Of a stretch of 64,000 bases of DNA, positions 13,212 through 27,316 are shown in pieces. A program made the position numbers and the translations under genes. Origin of the DNA: Eledone cirrhosa (taxonomy: Eukaryota). Below the pieces are notes generated by a model. It was given only the letters and a program-made list of their open reading frames with translations, ran no database searches and was not told the DNA's origin. Every line of letters starts with the position of its first letter. The stretch's first letter is position 1. The stretch is from the NCBI GenBank assembly GCA_964016885.1, contig OZ024761.1:2914001-2978000 (forward strand). The letters run 5' to 3'.

Positions 13212-13875
13212 AGCACCACCATCACCAACAACAACAACATAACCACCACCAACACCACCACCACCACCATCACCAACACCACCATCACCACCACCAACAC
13301 CATACCCCCAACACCACCACCACCACCACCACCACCAACACCAACACCACCACCATCACCAACACCACCATCACCACCACCAACACCATACCCCCAACAC
13401 CACCACCACCACCATCACCAACACCACCATCACCACCACCAACACCATACCCCCAACACCACCACCACCACCACCACCAACACCACCACCACCAACATCA
13501 CCAACACCCCCACACCACCACCACCACCACCACCACCACCACCACCACCAACACCACCACCACCACCATCACCAACACCACCATCACCACCACCAACACC
13601 ATACCCCCACCCCCACCACCACCACCACCATCAACACCAACACCACCATCACCCCCACCAACACCATACCCCCAACACCACCACCACCACCACCACCACC
13701 AACACCACCACCACCACCACCAACACCAACACCACCATCACCACCACCAACACCATACCCCCAACACCACCACTACCACCACCACAGCAACCAACATCAC
13801 CAACACCACCACCATCACCAACACCACCACCACCACCACCAACACCATACCCCCAACACCAACAACAACAACACC
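13212..13875. repeat. (CAC/CAA)n-derived low-complexity array
   Basis: Direct inspection. Confidence 0.9.
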
Positions 13876-14034
13876 AGGAATACGTCAACTTCAACATTCA
13901 GTAACCAAAAGGTGTAAAAGCCAAACTCGCTGTCTTCAATTCGGGTTTCCTAAGGTCATGAATTTTGGATAATGACTGAAAGAATACGATGACGAATACA
14001 AGGGGCCGAAATGGGGTCCCACCGAAGGGTCTTT

Positions 14035-14372
14035 GGTGTAACGTTACTCGATAGCGTGTGTAGCTCGGAGAGGAAAGAGCTACCCCACTACTTTTTACAG
14101 ATAACAGCTCTGATACTCATGGGTACGTGGTTAGAATGTCTCGGGAAACACTCGCTGGACAGATTTTACAGGCAAAACCACCCGGCAGGAGACCCTGTGG
14201 TAGGCGTCGAGCGAGATGGTTGGATAACATCCATGAGTTTGTCTTGTCACGCTTGGGGATCCAGCCAGATCAGTTGGAGATGGTTGCTTCTGACAGGACC
14301 CTCTAGAAGGAGTGTTTGAAGACTCTGGCCCCACGACCCTCTAAAGAATAAGTGGGTGAAGAAGAAGAAGAA
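14035..14372 (+). mobile_element. RTE-clade (Expander/Rex3-like) LINE 3' fragment with (GAA)n tail
   Basis: Translates to PGRRPCGRRRARWLDNI...LGIQPDQLEMVASDR...LKTLAPRPSKE*. Confidence 0.65.
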
Positions 14373-14649
14373 AAGAAAGACAGAGAGAGAGAGAGAGTTC
14401 GATTCCCTGTAGTGGTTGCTGGTCACTTGCTTTCTGCCCCTGAGGGTTTTTTACCCGATTTTCTAAAGTTATTATTGTAGCGAATCTGTTTGGATTTCAG
14501 CATTTCTAAATTCAAATCATGAAAACGATAAATGTCGTTTGCTTATGTAGTGCGGCGTTGTATGAATAGATTTATCAATTTATGTATTATGCATGTATGT
14601 ATGTATGTACGTATGTATATATGTGCGTATGTATGTATGTCTTTCTTAT

Positions 14650-15258
14650 GTCAGGTCACCAGTTGGTGCTACTGGTAACATGTATCCCAGTACAACCTGT
14701 CTCATGGTCGGGTCGTTGGCGACTAAACTGGCAACCCCACCAAGGTTTCTTGGTGAGGAGGGTGACTTTGGACATCCTGCAGGACTAAAAACAAAACCTG
14801 TCAAAGGTCAAAGGAGCTCTTAAGAGTCAATGGCCATCCAAAATCACCGGGAGAGATGACCCCTTAGCCTTAGTCAAGGTAGAATTCTAGGAGAAGGAAA
14901 ACTCTGATATAACACCTGCAACCCTGATGATATCCAATGATGTTGACTTGTTCTTCTTTTTGGTAAATATCATCTTGGTTAAGAGAGTGGGACTGGCTTT
15001 GTGCAGTGCCTTTGCTCACTATAAAAGCTTCACGGCACAGGCATTGCTTTATATCTGGAGATCTCTCTGCATTTGTCGTCACATGGTACCATGGGCCCAG
15101 CACTATGTGTCAATAATTGTCACAAGTGTAGTGTTTGTACCAGAGTTTTGAAGTCGCTGGTTAGACTAAAAAGTCACACTCGTTCAGCGCATCGGTAGGG
15201 GTTCTCCTACATGGATATAAAGTAGTGGCCGTACTCGAAAACGAGTTGGCAGCCACCA
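14650..15258 (+). mobile_element. Non-autonomous LINE-derived (RTE-like bipartite) short element flanked by (TATG)n
   Basis: RTE-like 5' part plus a 3' part encoding a C2H2 finger remnant ([20 protein letters not shown]) and a terminal CTCG-aaaa-CGAG stem-loop; further copies at 15300-15492, 16170-16489 and 16556-16789. Confidence 0.7.
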
Positions 15259-15853
15259 TGTATGTGCGTACGTATGTATGTATGTGTGTATGTATGTATG
15301 TCAGGACGCTCTCCAGCGCTACTGGTAACATGTAACCCAGTACAACCTGTCGCATGGTCGAGTCGTCGGTGACTAAACCGGCAACCCCACCAAGTTTACT
15401 TGGTGAGGTGGGTGATTTTGGACACCCTGCAGGACAAAAAACAAAACCTGACAAAGGGCGGAAGAACTCATAAGAGTGAATGGCCATCCAAAAATGTGTA
15501 AATAAGAATATACATATGTATATTTGTATGTATATATCTATATACATGTATACATAATTGTATATATGCTCGGGGACATAGAAATAATCGGACTGGACAC
15601 CCGATCGCGCGGTTAAACCACTGGGGGTGAAGGACCCCTAGTCTTTGTCAGGGCATTCTTCTAGCAGAAGGCAACTCAGGAAACTCTGAAAGAAAACCTG
15701 CTGCTCAGTAGTTACCGATGATGTTGATCTTTTGTTCTTTTCGGGTTATAGCTACTGTCGCTCAGAGAGTGGGATTGGCTCAGTGCACAGTCTTTCCTCA
15801 CTTAACAAAAATCTTCACACACAGGCATTGCACGATATTAATTAATAATTGTT

Positions 15854-16043
15854 AATAATTGTTTCTACTTTAGGCACAAGGCCAGCAATTACCCAGTGCA
15901 TTACTGGTACTTTATTTTATCGACCCCGTAAGGATGAAAGGCAAAGTCAACCTCGGCGGGATTTGAACTCAGATCGTAAAGGGACGTAACTATGCTGGAA
16001 AGCATGGCGTCCGACCCTCTACCGATACTGCCAATCCACCGCC
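15854..16043 (-). mobile_element. tRNA-derived SINE (Meta-domain-like centre)
   Basis: A-box-like tggcagtatcgg, B-box gttcaaatcc, conserved gcctttcatccttacggggtcgataaaataaagtaccag, (TTA) tail. Confidence 0.85.
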
Positions 16044-16169
16044 GGATAATAATTGTTAATAATGATGTATTGTGCAATGGCCATACTCGATAACGAGGGG
16101 GCAGTCATCATCATCTTGTATGTGTGTATGTACGTATGTATGTATGTATGTATGTATGTATGTATGTAT

Positions 16170-16789
16170 GATGTTGACTTGTTCTTCTTTTTGGTAAATA
16201 TCATCTTGGTTAAGAGAGTGGGACTGGCTTTGTGCAGTGCCTTTGCTCACTATAAAAGCTTCACGGCACAGGCATTGCTTTATATCTGGAGATCTCTCTG
16301 CACTTGTCGTCACATGGTACCATGGGCCCAGCACTATGTGTCAATAATTGTCACAAGTGTAGTGTTTGTACCAGAGTGTTCAAGTCGCTGGCTGGACTAA
16401 AAAGTCACACTCGTTCAGCGCATCGGCAGGGGTTCTTCTACATGGATATAAAGTAGTGGCCGTACTCGAAAACGAGTTGGCAGCCACCATGTATGTATGT
16501 ATGTATGTATGTATGTATGTATGTATGTATGTATGTATGTATGTATGTATGTGTGTATAAAAGCTTCACGGCACAGGCATTACTTTGTATCTGGAGAGCT
16601 CTCTGCACTTGTCATTACCATGGGCCCAGCACTATGTGTCAGTAATTGTAACAAGTGTAGTGTTTGTACCAGAGTGTTCAAGTCGCTTGCTGAACTAAAA
16701 AGTCACACTCGTTCAGCGCATCGGTAGGGGTTCTCCTACATGGATATAAAGTAGTGGCCGTACTCGAAAACGAGTTGGCAGCCACCACC
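16170..16789 (+). mobile_element. Two tandem 5'-truncated copies of the RTE-like short element separated by (TATG)n
   Basis: Near-identical to 14939-15258. Confidence 0.8.
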
Positions 16790-16794
16790 ATGTG

Positions 16795-18185
16795 TGTATG
16801 TTCTTCTGATTTTATAATTTCACAAATCTTTCCCATAGAGTCGGTTTCTAACAGACACAAGACTCTCTCATTGGAATTTACACAACATTAACTAATGTAT
16901 GTATGTCTGCTTGCATGCATATGTAGATATTGATGTTATTGTATGTGTGGATGTGGATGTTTTGAGTTGTATGTGTGCATGTGTATATGCTTTGTATCTG
17001 TACATGTGTATATGCAGTTATTAGATGCAAAATGTTTGGAATGTTTTACATATTTTTACTGTTCCATTAATGGATTGTACTTGTAATTTCCTAACTAGTT
17101 GTTCTTCTTTCTGTTCCTGTGAAGCCTAGCTTCTCAAGATTTGTATTGAGGCAGTTACTAACATACCCCAGTGTCCCAATAATCACAGGCATAAATCTGA
17201 AGGTGTAATCGGGGTGGAGTATCTACAGATTTCTAATCAGTTCAGCATAAGCATTCTCCCTTTCGCTAATCTTTGATATTACATTGGCATCTGCTGGACA
17301 GCTAACTTCCACTACTGTGTATGTTTTCTTCTCCCTGTACCATATAATAATATCTGGTCTGTTATGCCTGCATTTTATTGGGGTTTTTACTGGAACATTC
17401 CACCAGTACTCTTTCATATTATGTACATGGATGTCTTCCACATTGTTGTAGCTTTTAATGTGTTTATTATCGGGGCTATCTTTTTTACGAACTGCGTTGT
17501 ACAGTGTTTTGGCCACTACATCATGCCTCATAGGTAGATAGTACCGCGATGACATCTTTGGACAGCTGCTTATGACATGGATGATATCCTCGATGTTAGT
17601 TCTGCAGAGTCTGCACTTGTTACACATCTAGGTGTTTTGCCTGCATCCCTATCTCTTTTGTGAATCAGGTATTTCGAGCTAATCTCCTGTTCCTGGATTG
17701 CAAAAGCGTATCCTTCAAAGTGGGAGCCAATATAGCGGTTGTTGGTCCAAGATAGACTACTTTCCTTTTCTATATTACTCTCACTCTGGAACTTCCTGGC
17801 AACATATCCATGCATGATTTTTTGCTGATAAGCATGCAGTTTTTCATCCATGGATTCACTGCGATACTGCTGAGCGACATCCCTGGGTGTGAGTTTTTGA
17901 TTATCACACAGGGAATATCTCTCAAGGAGTTCCTTCCCAACTCTCATGATCTTATCTGTTTCATGCAGATAGACTTGCTCGAGAGACGGGCTCCTACGCT
18001 TCGAGGTTCGTAGATGTTGTCGGAGAGATATGATGCGACATTCAAATGTTGTCTGGACTGATGTTAGGCCTCTGCCTCCCTGCTTACGTTTCAAGTAAAG
18101 GCGGTCTATGTCACTGTTGATGTGGAAGTTTCCGGTGTTGTTCAGTATTTTTAGAGTTCCAACATCAACTGCTCGGATTTCGTCT
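16795..18185 (-). mobile_element. Degraded 5'-truncated R4/Dong-type LINE (second family)
   Basis: ORFs 17570-18271 and 17223-17627: SDIDRLYLKRKQGGRGL, AIQEQEI, CRLC..EDIIHVISSC knuckle, RHDVVA, NRPDIII..VVEVSCP endonuclease; frameshift near 17625 and a premature stop. Confidence 0.9.
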
Positions 18186-18334
18186 GTATGTACGTGTGTA
18201 TGTATGTAGGTACTTATATATGGATGCGTGTAAATATATATATGTTTGTATGAATGGATGCGCATGCGCAATCATAGATAACGTTTTATTTAAGTATACA
18301 TGGTGTGTAGTAAAAAATCAATAGTTTACAAGTT

Positions 18335-18582
18335 CCACTCCACTTTACACAACTCCACATTCACTCCTACTCCACTCCACTAGACTCCACTACATTCCAC
18401 CTCCACTCCACCTCCACTCTAGTACACTCCACCTCCACTGCAGTACATCTCCACTCCACACCACCTCACTCCACCTCACTCCACTCCACTCCACTCCACT
18501 CCAGTTCAATCCAGTCCAATCCAGAAACAAACGCAACAAAGCAGTCTCGGATATAAATAAATCGCATGATTCCAGCAGCAGC

Positions 18583-18648
<66 letters not shown>

Positions 18649-19058
18649 ACTGGTAGTGGTAGTAGTGGTTGTTGTACTGGTAGTGGTAGTAGTAGTGGTG
18701 GTACTGGTAGTGGTAGTGGTGGTGGTAGTGGTAGTAGTGGTAGTGGTAGTGGTGGTGGTAGTGGTAGTGGTGGTGGTAGTGGCAGTGGTGGTGGTAGTGG
18801 TAGTGGTGGTGGTAGTGGTAGTAGTGGTAGTGGTAGTGGTGGTGGTAGTGGTAGTAGTAGTAGTAGTGGTAGTGGTAGTGTTAGTGGTAGTAGTAATAGT
18901 CGTAGTGGTGGTGGTAGTGGTAGTAGTAGTAGTGGTAGTGGTGGTGGTAGTTGTAGTAGTAGTGGTAGTAGTGGTAGTAGAAGTGGTAGTAGTGGTAGTA
19001 GCTGTAGTAGTAGTAGTAGTATTATTATTATTATTATTATTTATATTATTATTATTAT

Positions 19059-19098
<40 letters not shown>

Positions 19099-19150
19099 GG
19101 TAGTAGTAGTGCTAGTAGTAGTAGCAGTAGTAGTGGTGGTGGAGCAAGAG
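18335..19150. repeat. (ACTCC)n followed by (GTA/GTG)n arrays
   Basis: Direct inspection. Confidence 0.9.
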
Positions 19151-19433
19151 GCGGTGGAGCAACTAAAGTCTTCCTCACATCAGAACATGTGAGGAAGACA
19201 TATTTGCTAGACTCTACTTCTAATTTAGACAATAACACCTCCCCTCTCACTAGTCTAGCCCAGAGCTCCTTAAAGTAGGGGCTTCCTCACGCCCTGGGGG
19301 TCATTGAGGTGATCCAGAGGGTGGTAGAGATGATACAATACTATATTAAATATCAAATAATACATAATATATATAAATATAGTAAAATATAAAATATTAT
19401 ACAAATATATATTATATTATTTATTATATATAT

Positions 19434-19808
19434 GTTCAAATCCCACCGAGGTTAACTTTGCCTTTCTTCCTTACGGGGTCGATAAAATAAAGTACCAGTA
19501 ATACACTGGGATAATTGCTGGCCTTGTGCCAAAAGTAGAAACAATTATTTATTATATATAAATTAACGATTGTATTTATTATATATTATTTACCTATGGG
19601 TGGTGCCAATCCACAGGGCGGTGGATTGGCAGTATCGGTAGGGGGTCGGACGACATGCTTTGACGCATAGAGTTACGGCCATTGCCATTCTGAGTTCAAA
19701 TCCTGCCGAGGTTAACTTTGCCTTTCATCCTTATGGGGTCGATAAAATAAAGTACCAGTAAGACACTGGGTAATTGCTGGCCTTGTGCCAAAAGTAGAAA
19801 CAATTATT
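19434..19808 (+). mobile_element. Partial (19434-19547) and full (19616-19808) tRNA-derived SINE copies
   Basis: Same family as 15854-16043. Confidence 0.85.
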
Positions 19809-19847
19809 TACCTGTGGGTGGGTAGGTCATTCTGGTAATAGGGTTCT

Positions 19848-21142
19848 GGGTGCTGAGAGTACTATGTGGCAGTGAGGGGGTGCTGAGGGTACTATGTAGC
19901 AGTGAGGGGGTGCTGAGGGTACTATGTGATATGATGGGGTGCTGAGGGTACTATGTGATATGATGGGGTGCTGAGGGTACTATGTGGCAGTGAGGGGGTG
20001 CTGAGGGTATTATGTGGCCGTGAGGGGCGCTGAGGGTACTATGTAGCAGTGAGGGGGTGCTGAGGGTACTATGTGATATGATGGGGTGCTGAGGGTACTA
20101 TGTGGCAGTGAAGGGGTGCTGAGGGTATTATGTGGCCGTGAGGGGCGCTGAGGGTACTATGTAGCAGTGAGGGGGTGCTGAGGGTACTATGTGATATGAT
20201 GGGGTGCTGAGGGTATTATGTGGCAGTGAGGGGGAGCTGAGGGTACTATGTGGCAGTGAGGGGCGCTGAGGGTATTATGTGGCCGTGAGGGGCGCTGAGG
20301 GTACTATGTAGCAGTGAGGGGGTGCTGAGGGTACTATGTGGCAGTGAGGGGGTGCTGAGGGTACTATGTGGCAGTGAGGGGCGCTGACGGTATTATGTGG
20401 CCGTGAGGGGGTGCTGAGGGTACTATGTAGCAGTGAGGGGGTGCTGAGGGTATTATGTGGCAGTGAGGGGGTGCTGACGGTATTATGTGATATGATGGGT
20501 TGCTGAGGGTACTATGTGGCAGTGAGGGGGTGCTGAGGGTACTATGTAGCAGTGAGGGGGTGCTGAGGGTACTATGTAGCAGTGAGGGGGTGCTGAGGGT
20601 ACTATGTAGCAGTGAGGGGGTGCTGAGGGTATTATGTGATATGATGGGTTGCTGAGGGTACTATGTGGCAGTGAGGGGGTGCTGAGGGTATTATGTGGCC
20701 GTGAGGGGCATTGAGGGTATTATGTGGAAGTGAGGGGCGCTGAGGGTACTATGTGTTATGATGGGATGCTGAGGGTATTATGTGGCCGTGATGGGCGCTG
20801 AGGGTACTATGTAGCAGTGAGGGGCGCTGAGGGTATTATGTGGCCGTGAGGGGCGCTGAGAGTACTATGTGTTATGATGGGGTGCTGAGGGTACTATGTA
20901 GCAGTGAGGGGCGCTGAGGGTACCATGTAGCAGTGAGGGGGTGCTGAGGGTACTATGTGGCCGTGAGAGGCGCTGAGGGTACTATGTAGCAGTGAGGGGG
21001 TGCTGAGGGTACTATGTGTTATGATGGGGTGCTGAGGGTACTATGTGGCAGTGAGGGGCGCTGAGGGTACTATGTGGAAGTGAGGGGCGCTGAGGGTACT
21101 ATGTGGCAGTGAGGGGGTGCTGAGGGTATTATGTGGCCGTGG
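19848..21142. repeat. 29-30-bp G-rich minisatellite (~43 units)
   Basis: Unit gggtgctgagggtactatgtggcagtgagg with interspersed variants. Confidence 0.95.
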
Positions 21143-21487
21143 GGGGATGGGTGGCCCTAAAACTTTGAAAACCTCTGATCTAGCCTCTCTATACTTCTAT
21201 TCCTCTATCCTCCCAATCCTCTATTCCTCTATTCTCCTATCCTCCAATTCCTCTATCCCTCTATCCCTCCATCCCTATAATCCTCTATTCCTCTCATTCC
21301 TCTCTCCTTCTATCCTTCCATCCCCCCATCCTCCCACCCTCTACCCCCACCCCTCTATCCTCCCACCCCTCTATTCTCCTATTCTCCTATTCTCCAATTC
21401 TTCTATTCCTGTTCTCTTTCTGTCTCACTGTTGCTCACTTTACAAGTATTGGATAGAATCCATGCCAGATATATATTATGGATTTCT

Positions 21488-21532
<45 letters not shown>

Positions 21533-21550
21533 CACTCTCTCTCTCTACCA

Positions 21551-21635
<85 letters not shown>

Positions 21636-21996
21636 CTACTATGTGTATGTTTACCTATGTCACACTACAGTGTCTGTGTATGTATGTGAGGCAGTATTCT
21701 AGAGTGTGTGTGTATGTGTAAGTGTGTAAGTGTGTGTGTATGTGTGTATGCGTGTATGTGTGTGTGTATAGGTGTAAGTGTGTAAGTATGTGTGTATGTG
21801 TGTATGTGTGTGAGTGTATGTACGTATGGCATAGTAAGTGTGTGTGTGAGTGTATGGCATAGTAAGTGTGTGTGTGCGCGTGTGTGTGTGTGTGTGTGAG
21901 AGCATGGCATAGTAAGTGTATGTGTGTGTATGTATGGCATAGTAAGTGTATGTGTATGTGTGTCCTGCGAGAATAATTGAGAGAACAATTGATAAG

Positions 21997-22387
<391 letters not shown>

Positions 22388-22389
22388 AA

Positions 22390-22506
22390 GGCGCGTGGCT
22401 GAGTGGTTAGAGAATTGGATTTGCAATTGTGAGGTTGAGAGTTCGATTCTCGGACCAGGCGATGCGTTATGTCCTTGAGCAAGACACTTTATTTCACATT
22501 GCTCCT
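22390..22506 (+). mobile_element. tRNA-derived SINE fragment, second family (V-domain-like)
   Basis: A-box tggctgagtgg, B-box gttcgattct, then tgtccttgagcaagacacttta. Confidence 0.7.
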
Positions 22507-22624
22507 TCTACCTGGAGTTGCGACCGATAGATAGTACTATTAACTGGTAAGACCGACGGAAGCATTGTTTCCTCGGTCCGATTTGCGAAAGTCGATCGAC
22601 TTATATATATATATATACACACAC

Positions 22625-23283
22625 ATATTTTTAAATAGTGTGTGTCTACCCTGCCATAGGTTATAGATTCCATACACTGGTGGTTTTCCCTGTTTTATTG
22701 ATGGCACACTATCTCTCTCTAGTGGGTTACCTTTTCAACATATTGTATTTTAAAGAGCTCAGGATTCCTTTTCCATTGAGCACATTATTGACAGGGAATA
22801 ACGAGAGTCTATGGCTCCGTTAATTTATCGTGATATTTCGCTCCTTATCCCACTCTTCTCTGTTTGGTTGAGCACACTTCTTTGAGTGGTTTTTTGGCTG
22901 CCATTTCTAGCAGCTCGTCCATCAGATACCACTAGTTCACTGCCCTAAGCACGCTGTGACATCTCTCTGCCGCGTGTAGCTGGACGGTCGCTTTAGATTC
23001 TCTTAGAGTTGTCTGGAATGTATAGTCTTGCAGGCGCTGATGAACCATAGGCTATTCCATTTCAGTCAACAACTTCCTGGCGAAACAGATCTCTGTGGAG
23101 TTGTACGTGTGTGTTATATAGTTATAGAGGTGCGTATATACATTTTAATTTATATTTTTAATTATTGTGTGTCTACCCTGCCTTCCATAGATTATAGATT
23201 CCATACACTGGTGGTTTTCCCTGTTTTATTGATGGCACACTTTCTCTCTCTAGTGTGTTAGCTTTTCAACATATTATATTTTA
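22625..23283 (+). mobile_element. Retrozyme-like non-coding element, ~527-bp unit plus ~128-bp terminal redundancy
   Basis: Direct repeat 22625-22752 / 23152-23283; contains the HHR at 23034-23108; homologous to 31865-32442. Confidence 0.7.
23034..23108 (+). ncRNA. Type I hammerhead with extended stem III
   Basis: GCG CTGATGA ACCA...TGGC GAAA CA gatctctgtggagt TG TA CGT. Confidence 0.7.
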
Positions 23284-23400
23284 TATATATATAATATATA
23301 TATTATAAAGAGGTGGGACCCCGACGGCTGAGCTCTTGCCGTTTCAACAGCTAGTTCCACGCAATTATCTAACCAGTTTCAAACTGAATCCATCCTGATT

Positions 23401-23596
<196 letters not shown>

Positions 23597-23824
23597 GAAA
23601 CACACAGATACATGCGGACACACACATATACATGAATGCATCCACACCCAACCGTGAGTTAAGGGTGCCAACCTCACCGATGTTGCTCAATGAATGACTG
23701 GGACAGACCAATCCGGTTGAACTAGACTGAACCAGTATCAGAGTTAAAAATACATTATGAAGAGAGAAGAAACATTTAGATATAATTAGTAATAAAATGT
23801 ATCATACCTAAACTGCTCCTAGAT

Positions 23825-23914
23825 TCCTCGACTACGTAGTTTCGTGGCATAAACAAAAACAATACATCATAAAGATATGGAGTCCTTGCGATGTCTGCCG
23901 ACTTATCAAGAGGA
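23825..23914 (-). ncRNA. Type I hammerhead, U3-A8 core variant
   Basis: Reverse complement: TCCTC TTGATAA GT-c-GGCA...TGCC-AC GAAA CTA cg TAG TC GAGGA. Confidence 0.75.
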
Positions 23915-24050
23915 TACCTCATTTTACTAGCCTCAAGAACGCGTCTACACGAAGTGAGAAAGAATCCCAAAAGGCGGAGGGGGAGATAGTCACGCGATTA
24001 CTATATATATGCTATATATAATATATATAATATATATTATATATGGAACA

Positions 24051-24137
<87 letters not shown>

Positions 24138-24688
24138 TATATTATAATATAATATATAATATATAAATATATATAATATATATAATATATATATATATAT
24201 GTATGTATGTATGTATATATATATATTATAATATAATGTATAACATAGACCGTATCTAACAGCAGACATTACAGGAAACCATGGAACAATATATATATAT
24301 ATATAGTGAAAAAGAGAACAGGAACATAACAGAGAGACAGTACAAACAAAGGTTTATTAGTTTTACGCTCTTGGTGTCCTGTATTGTCTGCTGTTAGATA
24401 CGGTCTATATATATAGGTTGTATGAATATGAGATATTTTAAAAGTTGCCTGTATGCAATGTGTAGGGATATTTTCATGTGCGTGCATGTGTCCATCATCA
24501 GAGACATATGTATGTGTATGCGTGCTTGTGTGTGTAGTGGTGTGTGTGTATGTGTGTGTGTAGAGTATGTAGTGGTGTGTGTGTGTGTAGTGGTGTATCG
24601 AATGAAGCATATTTGTTATATGTCTACACGTGATAATGTGAGATCTTCATTGATCGTTTTAGATGATTCATCGTGTATGTATATTATA

Positions 24689-24727
<39 letters not shown>

Positions 24728-24804
24728 GTATATGTATATATGTATGTATATGTATATGTATATATATATTAACTCCAACACACTCTAGTATTTTAATCCT
24801 TATG

Positions 24805-24895
<91 letters not shown>

Positions 24896-24970
24896 GTATA
24901 TATATATATATGTATATATATATGTATATGTATATATATATATTATATTATATATATATATATATATCAT

Positions 24971-25035
<65 letters not shown>

Positions 25036-25984
25036 TATATATATATGTATATATGTATATATATACAAATACAGACACACACACACATACATATATGTAT
25101 ATATATACATATACGTACACAAATACCAAGTGAAATAAAATGTGTAGGGTAATCAATAGAGATACACACACAAACACACACACACACACGCATAATCACA
25201 CACATATACAAATATAAATCTCACACGCCCACCTAAAATATTATCTGTCGCACACTCATAAATATATCATATCTCACACACACACACACACACATAAATA
25301 TATCGCCTCTCACACACACACACACATAAATATATCGTCTCTCACACACACACACACACACACATAAATATATCGTCTCTCACACATACACACACACACA
25401 TAAATATATTGTCGGAGAAAATACAACCAAAATTTCTTGAAAAAGTGTTTATTTGTTTACAGTTGTTTCAGGGGACAAAATCATAATTTATGAATCGATA
25501 TCAATATATGAATCGATAGGTCCACGTGGTATTAAGAGCCAACCATCTTCAGGACGTCCAAAACAAATTAAAAAAAATATGTCACTTAGGTAGGAATTAA
25601 AACAACCGTGAAAAACGTACCTCAACGAATTCATCCAAAGACAAAGTTCTCCGGTATGTTTTGTGTTTAGATGAGATAAACTTGTTGAGCTATTTATATC
25701 TTGTTTTAATTCCGACGAATTCCGGGAGGATGAAACATATGTAATTTAAATAGTGTTTGATAACATATTTCATGTAAAATTCGCTCTACGTGTGTGTAAG
25801 GTTACACAGGAGGATTTCATATATATTTTTAAAAGATTGTATGTGGCCGTGTGTACATTTTATTGTAATAAATATAGTAATTTCAGCTGATATCACATCT
25901 TCACTTACATCTTTCCAGTTCTTATTTGAAAACGCATTTATATATATATGAATAAAAATTTCGCTCTACATGGTTAAATACAAT

Positions 25985-26461
25985 AAATGTAATATGAGCT
26001 TTTCGAATATTAATAATAACATTCGATTCGTTTGCAATTTTTCAAACAAGCCTCATTTTTAAGCCATGCTATTGCCAGTAGTAGAATGAGCCCCTCATTC
26101 TTGCTCTTGTGTTGGCATGTAAACAGTACTGCAGACACTAATGTTTCTGGGTGATTACCCTTCATCAGTACAGTTCACTGTTCACCTGCCAACTGTCAGA
26201 GCTAGTGAAAATATATGATATTTTTTAAAAATATACAATGACTGATCGGCCTGATTAGTATATTATTTGGCAGTTGAACAGTGAACTGTACTGATGAAGG
26301 GTAATACCCAGAAAGATTAGTGTTTGCAGTCCTGTTTACATGCCCAAAAAAGAACAAGAATGAGGGGCTCATTCTACTGACAGGGCTTTAAAAATGAGGC
26401 TTGTTTGCATAATTGCAAACGAATCGAATGTTATTATTAGTATTCGAAAAACTCAGATTAC

Positions 26462-26465
<4 letters not shown>
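25985..26465. mobile_element. Inverted pair of ~200-bp PLE-type pLTR fragments, each with a hammerhead
   Basis: 25985-26192 is a diverged reverse complement of 26267-26465; (TA)n lies on both sides. Confidence 0.8.
26128..26174 (-). ncRNA. Type I hammerhead ribozyme
   Basis: Reverse complement: ACTGTA CTGATGA A GGGT aatc ACCC A GAAA CA ttag TG TC TGCAGT; the partner at 26285-26330 (+) has a stem III mismatch. Confidence 0.8.
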
Positions 26466-26506
<41 letters not shown>

Positions 26507-26521
26507 TATATATATATAAAT

Positions 26522-26641
<120 letters not shown>

Positions 26642-26696
26642 CGTTTCTGAATTTGTTCAGCAAGATTCTATATCTGAAAACGTGTGTTGCAACAGA

Positions 26697-26960
26697 TATT
26701 GTTATACTTTGGGAGGGTCATGTTGTCAATAAGAAACACACGCACCAGTTGCTTTCACTCCAATTTATTATAAGTTAAATTTATAAATTTAAGAATTTAT
26801 AAATTTCCGTTTGGTTGGTTCCACAACCGGAAGGTTGTTCATATATTGTCAAAGTTCTTTCGTCACACATTCTGTGACCTCTTCAGTGACTGGGGATTCT
26901 TTTCTTTGTTTGTGTGCCTCTCCTTTGTTCTGTCCTACGCCATCTTGTGTTTGTTTGCGT
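26697..26960 (-). mobile_element. Inverted pLTR of the Penelope-like family (HHR at 26848-26890)
   Basis: Reverse complement of 28485-28744; HHR GTCA CTGAAGA G GTCACA..TGTGAC GAAA G aa C TT TGAC. Confidence 0.9.
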
Positions 26961-27173
26961 TCACACACAAAAACAAGGTATATATACACACACATATATA
27001 TATATAGAGAGAGAGAGCGGGGGGTAAAATCCCGAGCGTGGCGCTAAGCTGTTCCAGCTTGTGTGTTGAGCAAACATTTTCAAGGAAGTAGTTAGTCTCT
27101 CTATACCAGCTCTGCATCTCCGCATGCATTGAGTAATCCCATGATTAGTGGTTTCCCCGGTTTCAGCACCGCA

Positions 27174-27262
<89 letters not shown>

Positions 27263-27277
27263 CACACGCACACACAC

Positions 27278-27313
<36 letters not shown>

Positions 27314-27316
27314 ATA

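Noticed and set aside
15320-15390. Possible HDV-like or twister ribozyme at the 5' end of the RTE-like element
   Set aside because: Some pairing and a CTAA motif are present, but I could not fit the full pseudoknot consensus by eye; needs an Infernal search
19616-19710. tRNA genes suggested by A/B boxes
   Set aside because: No cloverleaf; they are the heads of multi-copy SINEs
25457-25556. HHR-like motif (-): CTGAAGA..GAAACAACTGTA
   Set aside because: Stems I and II pair poorly and the insert is long; at best a decayed copy, so not listed as a feature
25706-25747. HHR-like CCGACGA..GAAACATATGTA (+)
   Set aside because: Core U4>C and weak stem I; probable relic only
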